A model generated the notes under the pieces. It saw nothing but the letters and a program-made list of their open reading frames with translations. It made no database searches and was not told where the DNA came from. Both the position numbers and the translations under genes were made by a program. Shown piece after piece: positions 13,377 through 28,902 of a stretch of DNA of 64,000 nucleotides. The stretch covers positions 22,080,001-22,144,000 of the forward strand of contig CP068257.2 of assembly GCA_009914755.4 (NCBI GenBank). Direction: 5' to 3'. The stretch is from the human T2T-CHM13v2.0 reference genome, Homo sapiens. Every line of letters starts with the position of its first letter. The first letter of the stretch is position 1.

Positions 13377-16300
13377 CTAATCAAATATTATGAGTAGGAG
13401 GTGGCCAGGAGATACTTTTAGAAAGTTATTTCTGAGAGGAGACATGCAGGAGACATGAGAGTAGACGTGGAGACCTGGCGCCATCAGACTGGTCTCAGAA
13501 CTGTGAGTACGTAGACTGCTCTGTCTCGTGTGTAGTCACTTCATTAACCCCATCTAGAAACTCACTAGAATGCATCAGTTCTTGAGCCAGCTCTCAAGAT
13601 TATCCAGTTTTCCTCATTTATCTAAACAGTGTCAACATGAAAGCAAATCAGACATATTGATTGAACTGTCTAATTTATTATTCTATCACAGAGAAAGATG
13701 TCAACCAGCTGGAGGTCTTGCCTGTGAGGACACAGCGTTCTCTCCTTGGACCTGCCCAGTTCAACATGTTCATCAATAATCACAATGAAGATACAAAGGG
13801 CGTGATACTCGACTCATGACAAGCACAAGGTGGAGGGATAGTGAATACAATAAAAGACAGACACAAGATCCAAGGACTTGTAACAACCTGGAGCCATTTC
13901 ACAGCCAGAAATAATTCCTCAACTTTGATTCTAAAACACACAACTATACAAGTCAAAATATCACAAGATAAATCTTAGCAGGATCATATGAAGGATAAGA
14001 ATAATAACAAAAATATGTTAAGGATGTATTCAATAGTATATGCAATGAAAGCCGACAGTGTGACTCCTGTCAGATTCATTTCATGTAAACTTGTGACTAT
14101 AAGTGTGATATCAGCAAGGAAGAAACCAAGCCCTTTTATCCATTCTGTTTCTTATGTTACATTTGGATGTTATGCACTTCTGGGCTCTAAAGTTACAGAA
14201 ATTGTAATATCTATTCTGTTAATAAATGTTTCATAGGTGCTTTCTATGTATAAGTAATTGTGTCATTAATTTGGGATAAACAGTTTCTTGGTCTTCAGGA
14301 GACGGAGTTAATAGTCTTTATCAGTATGTATCCAGGGGAAGTTAACTATACTGGACAGGTAGAGGAAGAAGAGTTCAGTACAGTTCAAATGCCTGTGAAA
14401 TACCCGAGTTAAGATGGGAGTTAGTGGCAATTTGGAAATAAGTTTGCAGGTGAAGTTAAATAACCAAAGATCACTATAGTGCTGAAGGGCTTAAACACTG
14501 AACTAGTATAATATTATTTTAAAAAATTATTCTGTTTATAGCTGTAATATTTTTCTTTCATTTATGTACAAAGTTATTTTAATAGAACCATGTTATTTGA
14601 CAATGGAAAATCGATTCATAATATCAGTAAACATACTTTTAAGATTTGCTCTCAGTTTCCCATCAGTTAGTGGGTTATGATTTTAATGCTGTGCAGTGGG
14701 GGAACAAAGCAAATCTATTAACGAAGACAATTTGTGAATTACAAGAAGTATAAAAACCTGACAAATTTCTCCGTTTCAGTCTACTTCCATCAATCACCAT
14801 TAAGTCAGGAAAATATACTCAAAGACTTTTACATCCTGGGTGAAATTTCCCCAGTACCACTTAGTAAAGCAAAACTTCACAATTTAAAAGATGCTATATT
14901 GTTTTCCTCTAATATAGGAGCTTCTTTTGAACATTTGTGATATTATTATTGTAACATTATTTTAACAAATACGCATTCAGCATTGTTAAATGCTAGTAAC
15001 TTTGTGAGTTACTGTGGATACAAAAAAAAATCAATCTGCCCTTGAAGAGATCACATCTTGGTGTCAAAAAAACCCTTATGATCTCAAATGATTGCAATAT
15101 AACATAATAAACTTTATCGATTTATTTACATTCCTAACACTGTATCTCAAATGTGGTAAGCAATAAATAATTGATTGTTTAATTGGACTGAATATAAAGT
15201 CCCTTTGATTGGAATTCAAAGTGTGTGCTATGGATCCTGGATTGAAAACCTGCTGTAGACATGCTCTTGGTGTCTTTCCAGAGGCTTTCTCTTCTCATAT
15301 TTATCTGTGAACCTCTCCCTTCTTTGTGACGCCTCCCCAAATCTTTTATGCAGAATGAGTAATTGATCATTTCTTGTATAGTTATGCGCTTTAGAATCGA
15401 TTGCTACTATCAACTAAACATGTTCTAGGCACTTCACATGTATGACACATTTAATCTCTACAGGAATGGATTGAAAATGGAGACTTTCTTCAGCTGATGG
15501 ACCATGGAGTCTATTGATGGAAGGAAGGCATTTAAAAAGATAAGTCAAATAAAAAATCTTTGAAGCAGAAGAAATATAGCATAGTGATCCCTGATTAACC
15601 TCCCTCAGATCTTTCCATGCCCTTCTTCAGGAGTCATGTGGCCAGAGAAACACAAGCTCAGAGGGACCTTAAAATTCGGGAGGGTGTTGTCTATTCCCCA
15701 TAGTCCTTTACTAAACCTGCAGGGAATTTCATCAACTATGTATTTATTATTTCAGCAAATATCTGTAAGTTTCTCTGATGTGCTAATACTTACCAAGGTA
15801 TGGATTCAACAAGGAAGAGTTAAATGGCGTTTGCCTTTAAATATTTCACAGACTGCTATTCAGGCAACTAAATAATTATTCTTTAAATTCCATACCACAG
15901 GGATGTTCAGGAGGATAGGAGATAAAACATTTTAGAAGGAAACCTAACTCATTCTGAAAGACAATTGAAGACTATTTCCTAGAGGATCTGACAAGATCTG
16001 AATATTGAAACATAGATGGTATCTACAAAGAACTAGCGAAGGAAGTCACTAAACAAACAAACACAAAAACAGAATTTGCAGTCACAGATGGATATGAGGT
16101 GGCTGAATACTCAGTCTCAGAGTAATGTCTCTGGATTAACACAATTCACCTCAAATCAAATCATGACTGAATGTAGACAATAAAATATGACTGATGGTAC
16201 ATGTGAAATGCAAATGGCAGAGTTGTAAGAACAGGAAGGATGCAGATATTGGAGACTAGGCAGAGACTGAAGTTGTCACTTCTACCATCATTGGTGGATT

Positions 16301-18692
16301 TTTTGCTTTTTTAAATATTTTTACATAATTTTAATACTCCAGAGCAGATTTTCAAAATGGTAGGGATTAGTGAAAGAAGGGTGATCTACATGCTTTATAT
16401 AAAACTGCTAAAAATTTCCATAATGCAAAATAATTGAACATAATGAAGGAATTTACTCCCCCATAAAAGAGCAGTATTGCACTTAACCAATTTCCCATTT
16501 TTCAACTACCAGGGTTGTTTCTGCCTTTTCCCATTTATTTATGTAAAAAGAAATGCAAAGTCTGCAGAAGAAGAGTAAGAAAACCTTGTTAAACTTTTTC
16601 AATAATCCCTGTTACAATGTTCAAAGCAATTACTTTTGCTGTCAACAGGAATAAAATGTACTACCATCAGAGAGTGCAAAGAGTCAAATGTATTACTAAA
16701 AATTACAACATAAGCTGCATGCAAATAACCCCACTAGCTCTAAGGGCTTGTCATCCCGTATTTGTAGAGCTGAGGCTTCAGTCATGTGTTATTAAGGCTT
16801 TTTTAAAAAAAAAAATTCCTAGACACTGCCCATCAATTTCAGTGAAAGCCAAAAATGTACAAATGCTTGCTCTCTTGAGGAGCACTATTATTAGTGTGCT
16901 TTTAAAAAATAAGTACTTCTTTATAAACAAACCATATAATATGAACATTATGCAATGAAAAGTAATGAAAGCTACATAAACAATATTTTTTCAGATAAAT
17001 ATTTGAACTTTGCTCACACAGGCAGACTTTTGCATAATGATAATTATCTATTGTACTCGAAGGACATATAAGCCTTTCCGTATACATTGTATACATTTCA
17101 CTTCTCTATGAGAGTATTATATAATGCTGAAAACATAGGCTTGCCTTCCTGACATTACCATTTTCTCAACTGTAACCACTTCATCCCCCAAACCCCAAAA
17201 TCTTACCAAAGTCAGAGCTCAGCCAGTCTTTAAGGTCAATACTGGTAAAAAAAAAAAAATAATAACACGTGCACATAGCATAAGAAGCAAAGTAATTATT
17301 CGATAGTTATTAAACAAAATACAGCAATCCTTTATTTTGTCTTTCTCCTCCTATCAGTTTCATCTATATTTATGTTTGCATTTTGTATTTCATATATCTT
17401 GCATTTGTCACATGATCAGGAAAACAAAATCCGTCTACAGCCCACATGTTCCACATGAATAGATTAATACAGGGAATTAGAGGCTTGCATAATCGTTAGC
17501 TTAGGGAATAATTCGGGAAGTGGCCCCAAATATCTTACCCTGCAACATAGAAGTGAGTGGTTTTTCAAGGGTTCTCCCTAAAGCCACTGGAATTCTCAAA
17601 CACCTCTGGAAAACTCCCATCAGACAGCCTCAGTCTACAGTACTAGGACAGAGGATTCTCTCATATTTCACTGGAAAGCTAGTAATCTTCAATTGTGTCC
17701 TGGTAATGAGGCCTGGTAAGGAGATTCTAGAAACTATAAATTTAGACCTTTCTGCAAAATGGATCTTAGAAATCATTTACAGGTACATATAAGTAAACTG
17801 CTTATGAATACATTTTTATTTTTTATAACTTTTTTCCAAAGTTAATAAGTGCTTCTTTTTTGCCCCAGAAGCTTAAGTTTCTATAGTGATCACATCTGGA
17901 GTTCTGAAACACTTTGCAATACTGTTTTGTACATATTCAATTGCATCAGATAACATCACTTCCACCCCTTATTCCTGGAAAGATATACCGGCGCCCTCTT
18001 TCTTCAAGCTGGAATAATGGCTCTCCCGGTCACTGTCAAGCTTTCCTGTTCTCTTCTCCCATCCTGGATTCCTGTTTCCTTTTAGGGCTTGACTTTTATC
18101 TTTCTTCTTTGCTCTCTCATTTTGACGAAGCAGATTCTCTAGTAGCTTCCTAAGCAAGCGTGCAGGAGAGGTTAGCTTTCTACTACTTCCCTATCTGAAA
18201 ATACTTTTAATCTCCATGATCTTTGATTAATATGTGGCTTCATATAGACTTCTAGGCTGGACATAATTTCCCTCAGCATTCAGAACACATTATTTAATTT
18301 CAGCGGTAAACATTCATCTTTAGAAGTCATAGAAATTTTTTTCTTGATTATTTTGTTTGATCTTTTAGTCATTATTGTTATTGTGTTTAATTTTTTTCCT
18401 CTATGTAAGAATTTGGGGTTTCCTCCCTATCGCTGGTGTTTTATAATTTCACAGAGGCACACGTTGTTGTCTGTGTATTTATCAATGTTTGGCAAAAAGT
18501 GGTGATGAGGGTAAACTGCTTTTCCTGACTACCTGCTCAACCATTGCAATCTGGAGACCGTGTCCTTTTTGTTCAAGGCAATGTTCTTGCTCAACTTGAT
18601 GATTTTCTCTACTTCAGGTTTATTTCCTTCTGGAACTCGCTATTTTCTAATGGTAATTTTGCGAATTAGTTACATTGTTTTAGCCTTTTCTT

Positions 18693-19014
18693 CCTTTTGT
18701 TTTCTTTTTCTTTTTTCTTTTTTTTTTTTTTTTGACAGAGTCTCCCTCTGTCGCCTAGGCTGGTGTGTGCAGTGGCGCGATCTCGACTCACTGCAAACTC
18801 CGCCTCCCGAGTTCAAGTTATTCTCCTGCCTCGGCCTCCCGAGTAGCTGAGATTTTAGGCACACACCACCACGTTCGACTAATTTTTGTATTTTTAGTAG
18901 AGATAGGGTTTTGCCATGTTGTCCAGGCTGGTCTCAAACTCCTGACTTCAAGTAATCCTCCCGCCTTGGCTTCCCAAAGTGCTGAAATTACAGGCGTGAG
19001 CTAGCGCTCCTGGC
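18693..19014 (-). mobile_element. Alu (AluS-like), antisense, long interrupted poly-T; 11-bp TSD AGCCTTTTCTT
   Basis: TTTTGACAGAGTCTCCCTCTGTCGCCTAGGCTGGTGTGTGCAGTGGCGCGATCTCGACTCACTGCAAACTCCGCC...GTGAGCTAGCGCTCCTGGCC. AGCCTTTTCTT at 18682-18692 and 19015-19025. Confidence 0.9.
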
Positions 19015-19080
19015 CAGCCTTTTCTTTTTTAAACCTGCCTTTTCACATTTTATAAATATATTTTACAAATATTTTAATTT

Positions 19081-19375
<295 letters not shown>

Positions 19376-19388
19376 TTATTGTTAACTA

Positions 19389-19500
19389 AAATAAAATTAT
19401 TAACTATTATGATACGGGTATATATTATATTTATACATATTTTATATATTATGTTAAATATAAATATTTACATATTATAATATTTATATGTGTATGTTAT
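19389..19500. repeat. AT/TA-rich low-complexity tract
   Basis: Runs of TATATTATATTTATACATATTTTATATATTATG... immediately 3' of the Alu. Confidence 0.6.
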
Positions 19501-20607
19501 AGTATATTTGTTCTTATTTCTGGTAGATTTTTATAGTGACAGGAGACAGATGAATTCCTAGCAGACAGGGACAGGTCCTGGTGAAACTTAACCTTCAGGC
19601 CAAGGAGAGTCTGAAGCCTGAAAACCGAGCTGCCAGTTCCAGATAGAGTCCAGGACCAGAGTGAGAACTTCCATTGCCATCCTACCCTCTCTCTGACAAC
19701 TGGTTCCTTCTGAATGATGCCATTTAACCAATCGAATGGTGCCTTTCCCAAGCCCACCCATGGACCGATTTGCATGTATTCCGTTATTCTAAGCCCTTAA
19801 AAATCCTGGACTTAGCCTCGCAGACGGCAACCTGCTTTCAGGACCTCTCTTGCTGCTGAGACCTTTCTGCCACTCAATACAATTCTACTCTGTCTTACTC
19901 ACTCTCCTGTGTACACGTACCTTATTCCTCTTGGTTGCAGAACAAGAACCTGGAACGTGCTGAATTGAGGAAGCAAAAGAACTGTAATGCTCCTGCTCGC
20001 CAAGCTGCAGGCGGCTGGAGTAAAAGAGCTGTAATAACACTCCTTCCTGCTTGCCAGTCTAAAGGAGTGAAAAGGCCGCTGGGTGCTACTCCCTCCTGCT
20101 CGCCAAACTACTGGACTAAAAAAAGCTACAACAATTTCAGCAATAATATCAATTAATTTATTATATTTTAGTGTTAAAAGTATTATATTCTATTATATAT
20201 TTTTTAGATTATGCTGTTTTGTTTTTCATGTGTGCAATAGCAATCTGCTTTTAGTGGAGAATATTAATTTCTTTTATTGATTTGAATCTTTTTCTGTTCC
20301 CTGCATTATCTCTACTGTCTCCAGTTTTGTCACTGTATTTGTGTGCTGTTTGTGTTTCTATTTTATGTGTTAATTGGTTATTTCATATCTGGAGAACCCA
20401 GGCTGTATATTCATGGAGAATGAACTGATTGGAAACTTTCTGGACATTGATAGAAAATGTCAGTAGTGTATTTAGATGAATGGGAATCAGAATCAAATGT
20501 GTTTCACTCATGAACTCCCAAATGCTGGTATCGTGTATATATTGTTACTAAGACCAGTTTTTGTACTAAAAAATCCTCTAATTTCCTTCTAGAAGTGATG
20601 TAAGTGG

Positions 20608-20981
<374 letters not shown>

Positions 20982-21692
20982 CTAAGGGCTTTCTCTCCAG
21001 TGGAAAGGCTTTTAGTTGAATGTTTTAGTTTTTCAGTTCTCAGTCACATCTTCTGTTTTTATGGTATCTGAGCTCACCACTGGAATCACTGCTTCAGTTT
21101 CCGCTGAACAGTGGCCTTTGGTCTGAAGGTAGAGGAAAGCATACAAGAAGGAACAGTGGTTTTGCTGCATGGGATGGAGGAGGTCTAACTGCTTTGAATA
21201 GACTTTTACTATCTTTCTCCTTTAAGCTCCACAATTCAGTGCTCTCATATCCAACTTCTGTGTATTGTATTATCCCAGTCTTGAGCCTGTGCATTCTCTT
21301 GCAGCAAATTAAATTGTTCCTCCTGTTTCCCTTGGAGCCCCACCTTTTCTGCCAGTCTGTGTGTTGCATAATCCCTCCTGTGCTGGTTACTAGTTACATA
21401 ACTCATGTGACTCAACTCGCAGCCAATTAGCATAAACCTAGGTCTTATGTTCAAATTGATAGTCAAATTCAAGGGACACATAAGCTTTATTTGGTATGAC
21501 ATTTGTTCAGCTTTAAGGAAAATATAATAGAAGCGATAGAACATAATGGAGACTTCATGACACCTAGGTGGAACTGCTAATTTCCAAAATTACTCTGAAC
21601 TTTGATGTACAGTCAGCCCTCTATACCATGGGTTCCACATTCGTGGATTCAACTAACTGAAGATCAAAGTATTTGGAAAAAAAACAAAAAGC

Positions 21693-22010
<318 letters not shown>

Positions 22011-22359
22011 TTATGGTTGTGTCCAATCCCCCATGGATACTGACAGAAGATTTTGTGTGGTTACAAGAGTTGAGCGTGCTTGGAATAGACTAACTCAATT
22101 TAGGAAAACTATAAATTCTCGGGTCTCTTCAGCTTGTATTCCATATTTTCATGGTGTATCCATGTATCCCCTTCAGGCTTGTGTGAATTGTTATGATTTT
22201 CTGGTGCAACTACACTCATAAGTTATTCATCAATTACAGGTTACTCAGTTAAAAAAGTCAGCCAAATACAGATGCTTTGTTTCAAACATAACAACTGCAG
22301 CAGAACTCTCATTTATTTTGGTTTGCTACCCCTAAAATTCCTTAAATTAGAGTTTCTTT

Positions 22360-22654
<295 letters not shown>

Positions 22655-22808
22655 TAGAGTTTCTAACTTAGGCAACCAATCCTCCTCAGCCCTCTTTAAG
22701 GTAAGAAAAATAATATGGAGTGGCTAAAATGCTTTTATTGACATCCATCCATTTTCTTATCACAACAAAGTTTTTGACATATTTGCCTCCTTTTCTCTCT
22801 TGTCCTAG

Positions 22809-25030
22809 TGTATCAGTCTGTTCTCAAGCTGCTAAGAGATACCTGAGACCAAGTAATTTATAAAGGAAAGAGGTTTAATTGATACACAGTTCCACATGGC
22901 TGGGGAGACCTCACAATCATGACTGAAGGCAAATGAGGAGCAAAGTCATGTCTTACATGGTGGCAGACAAGACAATCTGTGCAGGAGAACTCCCATTTAC
23001 AAAACCATCAGATCTCATGAGACTTATTCATTACCATGAGAGCAGTATGGGAGAAGCCACCCCCATGATTCAATTATTTCCACCTGTCCCTGCCATTGAC
23101 ACATGGTGATTATTACAATTCAAGGTGAGATTTGAGTAGGAACACAGTCAAACCATTTTATTCTGCCCCTGGCCCCTCCCAAATCTCATGTCATCACCTG
23201 TCAAAACTAATCATGCCTTCCCAACAGTTCTCCAACGTCTTAACTCATTTCATCATTAACTCAAAAGTCCACAGTCCAAAGTCTTATCTGAGACAAGCCA
23301 AGTCCTTTCCACCTATGAACCTGTAAAATAAAAGACAAGTTAGTTACTTCCTGGATACAATGGTGATATAGGCATTTTACGTCCATTCCAAATGGAAGAC
23401 ATTTGCCAAAATGTGGGGGCTACAGGCCCCATACAAGTCTGAAATCCAGTGGGGCAGTTAAATCTTAAAGCTCCAAAATGATATCCTTTGACTCCATGTC
23501 TCACATCCAAGTCACACTGTTGCAAGTGGTGTGTTTCTACATCCTTGAGTAGCTCCATCACTGTGGCCTTTCAGGGTACAGCCCCCACTCCTGGATGCTT
23601 TCATTTCATGGCGTTGAGTGTCTGCAGCTTTTTCAGGCACATGGTGCAAGCTGTCAGTGGACCTAACATTCTGCATTTTGAAGGACTGTGACTCTCTTCT
23701 CATAGCTCCACTAGGCAGTGTCTCTGTGGGGACTATGTGTGGGCACTCTCACTCCACATCTCTGTTCCACATTGCCCTAGCAGGGGTTCCCCATGAAGGA
23801 TCTGCCCCTGCAGCACACCTCTGCCTGGACATCCAAGCAGTTGCATACAACCTATGAAATCTATACAGAGGTTCCCAAATCTCAATTCTTGACTTCTGTG
23901 CACCTGTAGGGTCAACACAATGTGGATGCCACCAAGGCTTAGGGCTTGCAGCCACCAAAGACATGGCCTGAGCTGTACCTTGGTCCCTTTAAGCCATGGC
24001 TGGACCAAGTCCCTAGGCTGCACACAGCACCAGGGCCCTGGGCCCAGCATAGAAAAGCATTTTTTCCTCCTAGGCCTCTGGGCCTGTGAAGGGAGGGGTT
24101 GCTGAAAAAGTTTCTGACATGCCCTGGAGACATTTTCCTCATTGCCTTGGTGGTTAACATTCTGCTCCTTGTTACTTAGGCAAATTTCTGCAGCCAGCTT
24201 GAATTTCTCCCCAGAAAAATGGGTTTTCATTTTCTATTGCATTGTCAGGATGCAAATTTTCCAAAGGTTGATGCTCTGCTACCTCTTGAACACTTTGCCA
24301 CTTAGCGATTTCTTTTGACACATGCCCTATATCATCTCTCTCAAGTTCAAGGTTCCACAAATCTCAAGGGCAGGGGCAATATGCCACCAGTATCTTTGCT
24401 AAAACATAGTAAGAGTAATGTTTGCTTTGGTTCCCAACAAGTTCCTCATCTTCATCTGACACCACCTCAGCCTGAATTTATTATCCAAATCACTATCAGC
24501 ATTTTGGTCAAAGGCATTCAACAAGTCTCTAAAAAGTTCTAAACTTCCCACATCATCTTGTTTTCTTCTGAGTCCTCCAAACTGTTCCAACCTCTGCCTG
24601 TTACTCAGTTCCAAAGTTGCTTCCACATTTTTGGGTATCTTTACAGCAGCACCTCACTCTGCCAGTACCAATTTACTGTATGAGTCTGTTTTCATGCTGG
24701 TAAGAAAGAGATACCCAAGACTGGGTAATTCATAAAGAAAAGAGATTTAATGGACTCACAGCTCCACATGGCAGGGGAGGCCTCACAATCATGGCTGAAG
24801 GTGAATGAAGAACAAAGTCATGTCTTACATGGCAGCACGTAGGAGAGCTTGTGCAGGGACCTCTCAACTATAAAACCATCATATTTCATGAGACTTCTTC
24901 ACTACCACAAGAACCATATGGGGGAAATTTCACCATGATTCAATTATCTCCACCTGGCCCCACCCTTGACATGTGGGAATTATTACAATTCAAGGTGAGA
25001 TGTGGGTGGGAATACAGCCAAACCTTATCA
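22809..25030 (-). mobile_element. Full-length MaLR (THE1/MST-class ERVL-MaLR) retrotransposon: LTR (22809-23165), internal region, LTR (24677-25030); candidate 5-bp TSD CCTAG
   Basis: Both ends match the reverse complement of the THE1/MST LTR consensus. TGTATCAGTCTGTTCTCAAGCTGCTAAGAGATACCTGAGACCAAGTAATTTATAAAGGAAAGAGGTTTAATTGATACACAGTTCCACATGGCTGGGGAG...CAAACCATTTTA and TGTATGAGTCTGTTTTCATGCTGGTAAGAAAGAGATACCCAAGACTGGGTAATTCATAAAG...CAAACCTTATCA. The two LTRs are ~85% identical to each other. The sequence between them resembles THE1/MST internal sequence. CCTAG lies at 22804-22808 and 25031-25035. ORFs 23733..24230 and 23749..23964 fall in the non-coding internal part. Confidence 0.8.
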
Positions 25031-25202
25031 CCTAGACTGTTTGATCTAAATTTATAGCTTTATTTTTTTCCCTTTCTTATTATTTGAACATATTTATTGA
25101 ACTTGTACATGTGTTTAATTTACTCAGAAATTCCTAAGATTCAACAACCTTTGATTAATTTCATAGGCAGAAAAATAACATTAAAGAAAGGAAGGCTGTT
25201 CT

Positions 25203-25546
<344 letters not shown>

Positions 25547-26964
25547 TTAACACCTGCTCAACTCTACTAAACAAATCATAAGTGGAAAGCCAACAATCCA
25601 ATAAGAATTGTGTGTAAATCCATCCAATATCTCTGTGCCAACACTCACAATGAAGTGAATCAAATGGACCACAGAATTTCTGGTACTTAATGTTATTTTT
25701 CTTTTACAGACATCTTAAAAAGATATAGGACAATGGCAAGTTTTCTGTTCACAAATAAATGAAAAATAATACCCATAATAATTAAGACTTAATTAAGGAC
25801 ATTGCCACAAATTAAGTATTATCCTTGATTATTTTTCTAAAATATCCAGTTGCGTGTTACAGTTTTAAGAAAATTCTAAAGTTTCCATTTGCTAAAAATC
25901 ATATTTCAAGGAACAGTGGTTTTGGAAAAAGATCACTAAAGCAGAATGAACAAAATTGCTTTTCTCTTTCATTTTGGATGCTGGGCAGAAGACATACAAA
26001 AGCCTTTGATAGCCAAAACACATTACTTAACAATTAACATTATGTTTTTAAAACTTGTAATATAAATGTAGAAAATAAATATTTCTAATGTTACAACTGG
26101 ATCATAGCAAATGAAACTAATCGGTTGAAGTAATTGATCAAAATTTTCTGTTTAAGAAAAAGTAAAATTCTTGCCCAAGTATCAAAACTGGCAAGTTAAT
26201 GAGTATGACATAAATGACCAATACTCAGTCTCCAAATGCGATTTGAACAGTCGAACTCTGTAGTCAAACTTTACCTTGAAGCAAAACACATTCTCACAAA
26301 AAGTCACATTTGGAGAGTCTGTATTTAACAAGAACATTAAAATTTAAATATCCCTGATGATGATTCAAATCATTAAGTTTTAGAAAACTCCAAGCCCCGT
26401 GATTGCAAATTTCTCAAGGCAATTTAGCAAAACACACCAGAAACCTGTTAAATAGATTATTTTATTGTGCCAATGTTTTATTAGCTTAACAGATCTATTT
26501 ATTTAAGAGGACCCTGCAGCCTTATAAAATACATTTTATTTGGTATGCATGACGCAGCTATTTAAGAGAATTTGCATACTGGCGTCAACTTCCACCAGGC
26601 ACCTTAGGAATTAGTATTTTCCTTCATATACAACTTCTGTGAATTATTTAGTATAGTACTAGGTAGGCAGGTAAAATTGAATTTGTGGACCATTAAATGG
26701 AATTAGCCAAACTATAAGGCTAAGGGAATAGTCTTCCAGGCTGCCAAGTGTGTCAGGAATGCTTAGATTTTAAAATTTTACTAAATACAGAATCTTTAAA
26801 TGTGAATTATTGACAGAATGGTTTATGCTTTAAGGTAAAATTAGTTTTTTAATCCACATGCTATTTTTCCAAATTCCATTAGTTAGAATTCTCCCTACTA
26901 ATTTGTATCAAAGCTTTTGGCACTTCTTATCAGAGTATATATATATACTTGATCATATATATAT

Positions 26965-27170
26965 ATGATCTTTATTGTCTATACATCTAGAGCTTATATT
27001 TTTTATTTTTATTTTTTATCTTATTTTCTTTCATATGGAGTCTCACTCTGTCACCCAGGCTGGAGTGCAGAAGTACAATCATAACTCAAGGCAGCCTTAA
27101 ACTCCTGGACTCAGGAGATCTTCTCACCTAAGCCTCCAAAGTAGCTGAGACTACAGTTGTATGCCACCAT
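26965..27170 (-). repeat. Copy A of a recent inverted duplication (right half of an old Alu + ~75 bp of A-rich/unique flank); inverted partner at 28720-28934
   Basis: The reverse complement of 26965-27170 aligns with ~97% identity to 28720-28934 (ATGGTGGCATACAACTGTAGTCTCAGCTACTTTGGAGGCTTAGGTGAGAAGATCT...GACTCCAT(A/C)TGAAAGAAAATAAGATAAAAAATAAAAA...AAGCTCTAGATGTATAGACAATAAAGATCAT). Homology stops at both ends where the flanks differ. Confidence 0.85.
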
Positions 27171-27523
27171 GATGATTACTTGAGGAAGAGAATGAAATTG
27201 TGGGCGTTGGTCAAAGAAGAATTTACCTTAATTTTTAATGTTTTAATATGTAAAAGGCACTATGTTATTCTATTAACCTTAAGTGTTGAATTGTAGAAGT
27301 TAGAACAAAATCTGAATTTGAGTGGGGCCCTAAACAGAATTAAGATTGATAGATGTGTAGGTCAGCCCTGGGACATCACGACTCAGCTGATCAGATGATA
27401 ATAGAAATATCTACAAAAGAGATAGGAACCTGATTTTTTGGCAGAAAGCAAATTTCATGACTCAGGAGGGCCTCTTGGGTTTTGAACCTAAAAACTCTTG
27501 AGGCAGCTGTCCATTAAAACCTA

Positions 27524-27777
<254 letters not shown>

Positions 27778-27906
27778 TTACTGGCAGTTCTTTTTTCAAA
27801 ATTGTCCCAACTCCCAACTACCATAAGATAACAGAAGATTCTGAAGCCACTAATATTAATCACATCTTCTGTGTATGCCCAAAAAAAGACATTCAAAAGA
27901 AGGGGA

Positions 27907-28206
<300 letters not shown>

Positions 28207-28575
28207 GAAGGGGACAACAGAAACACGGTAGATTACTCATAAATTTGGAAAGGTTATCCCATGAGATAACAACATGGCTTCCATTGGTGTTATGTAAGCA
28301 CTAGAATTCCCTCTCAGGAAAGGTTAAGCAGGTTGACTGGATTACTGATAGGAATGTAGGCCATGTTGCTATTTGGAAATCAACTGCAATTCACCTTGCA
28401 GACAGTAAAACCTTAAAGGAAGAAGGTAAGGACAAATTTACCTATAGGCAGTTAAAAACTATAAACTGGGCAGAAGAAGACATGAGTTCCAGACTTCATG
28501 AGGTGACATTTGGAAATTTACAGATTTTGGGGCTATCGCCAGGGTCTTTGCTCTATGGTCAAGAAAATAAACCTT

Positions 28576-28902
28576 CCAGGCACGGTTGCTCATGTCCGTT
28601 ATCCCACCTCTTTGGGAGGCCAAAGTGGGATGATTTCTTGAGCCTAGGAGTTCAAGGACAGCCTGGCCAACATAGCAAGACCCTGTCTCTATAAAATAAT
28701 AATAATAAATTAGCCAAGTATGGTGGCATACAACTGTAGTCTCAGCTACTTTGGAGGCTTAGGTGAGAAGATCTCTTGAGTCCAGGAGTTTAAGTCTGCC
28801 TTGAGTTATGAATGTACTTCTGCACTCCAGCCTGGGTGACAGAGTGAGACTCCATCTGAAAGAAAATAAGATAAAAAATAAAAAGAAAAAATTAAGCTCT
28901 AG
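28576..28902 (+). mobile_element. Alu (AluJ-like, old), sense, degenerate A-rich tail. Its 3' half plus flank is copy B (28720-28934) of the inverted duplication
   Basis: GGCACGGTTGCTCATGTCCGTTATCCCACCTCTTTGGGAGGCCAAAGTGGGATGATTTCTTGAGCCTAGGAGTTCAAGGACAGCCTGGCCAACATAGCAAGACCCTGTCTCTATAAAATAATAATAATAAATTAGCCAAGTATGGTGGCAT.... Confidence 0.85.

Noticed and set aside
16617-16958. 113-aa ORF MFKAITFAVNRNKMYYHQ...
   Set aside because: AT-rich, with no homology-suggestive motifs and stops in adjacent sequence. It looks like a random ORF in non-coding DNA.
17241-17262. A13 run (TGGTAAAAAAAAAAAAATAATAACACG) that might mark a retroelement tail
   Set aside because: I could not recognise a SINE/LINE body or TSD adjacent to it. 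It is probably a simple mononucleotide tract or a remnant of an ancient unrecognisable element.
23733-24230. 165-aa ORF (longest non-simple-repeat ORF in the window)
   Set aside because: Located inside the internal region of the THE1/MST-class MaLR element. There is no recognisable domain or start context, and the MaLR internal sequence is non-coding.
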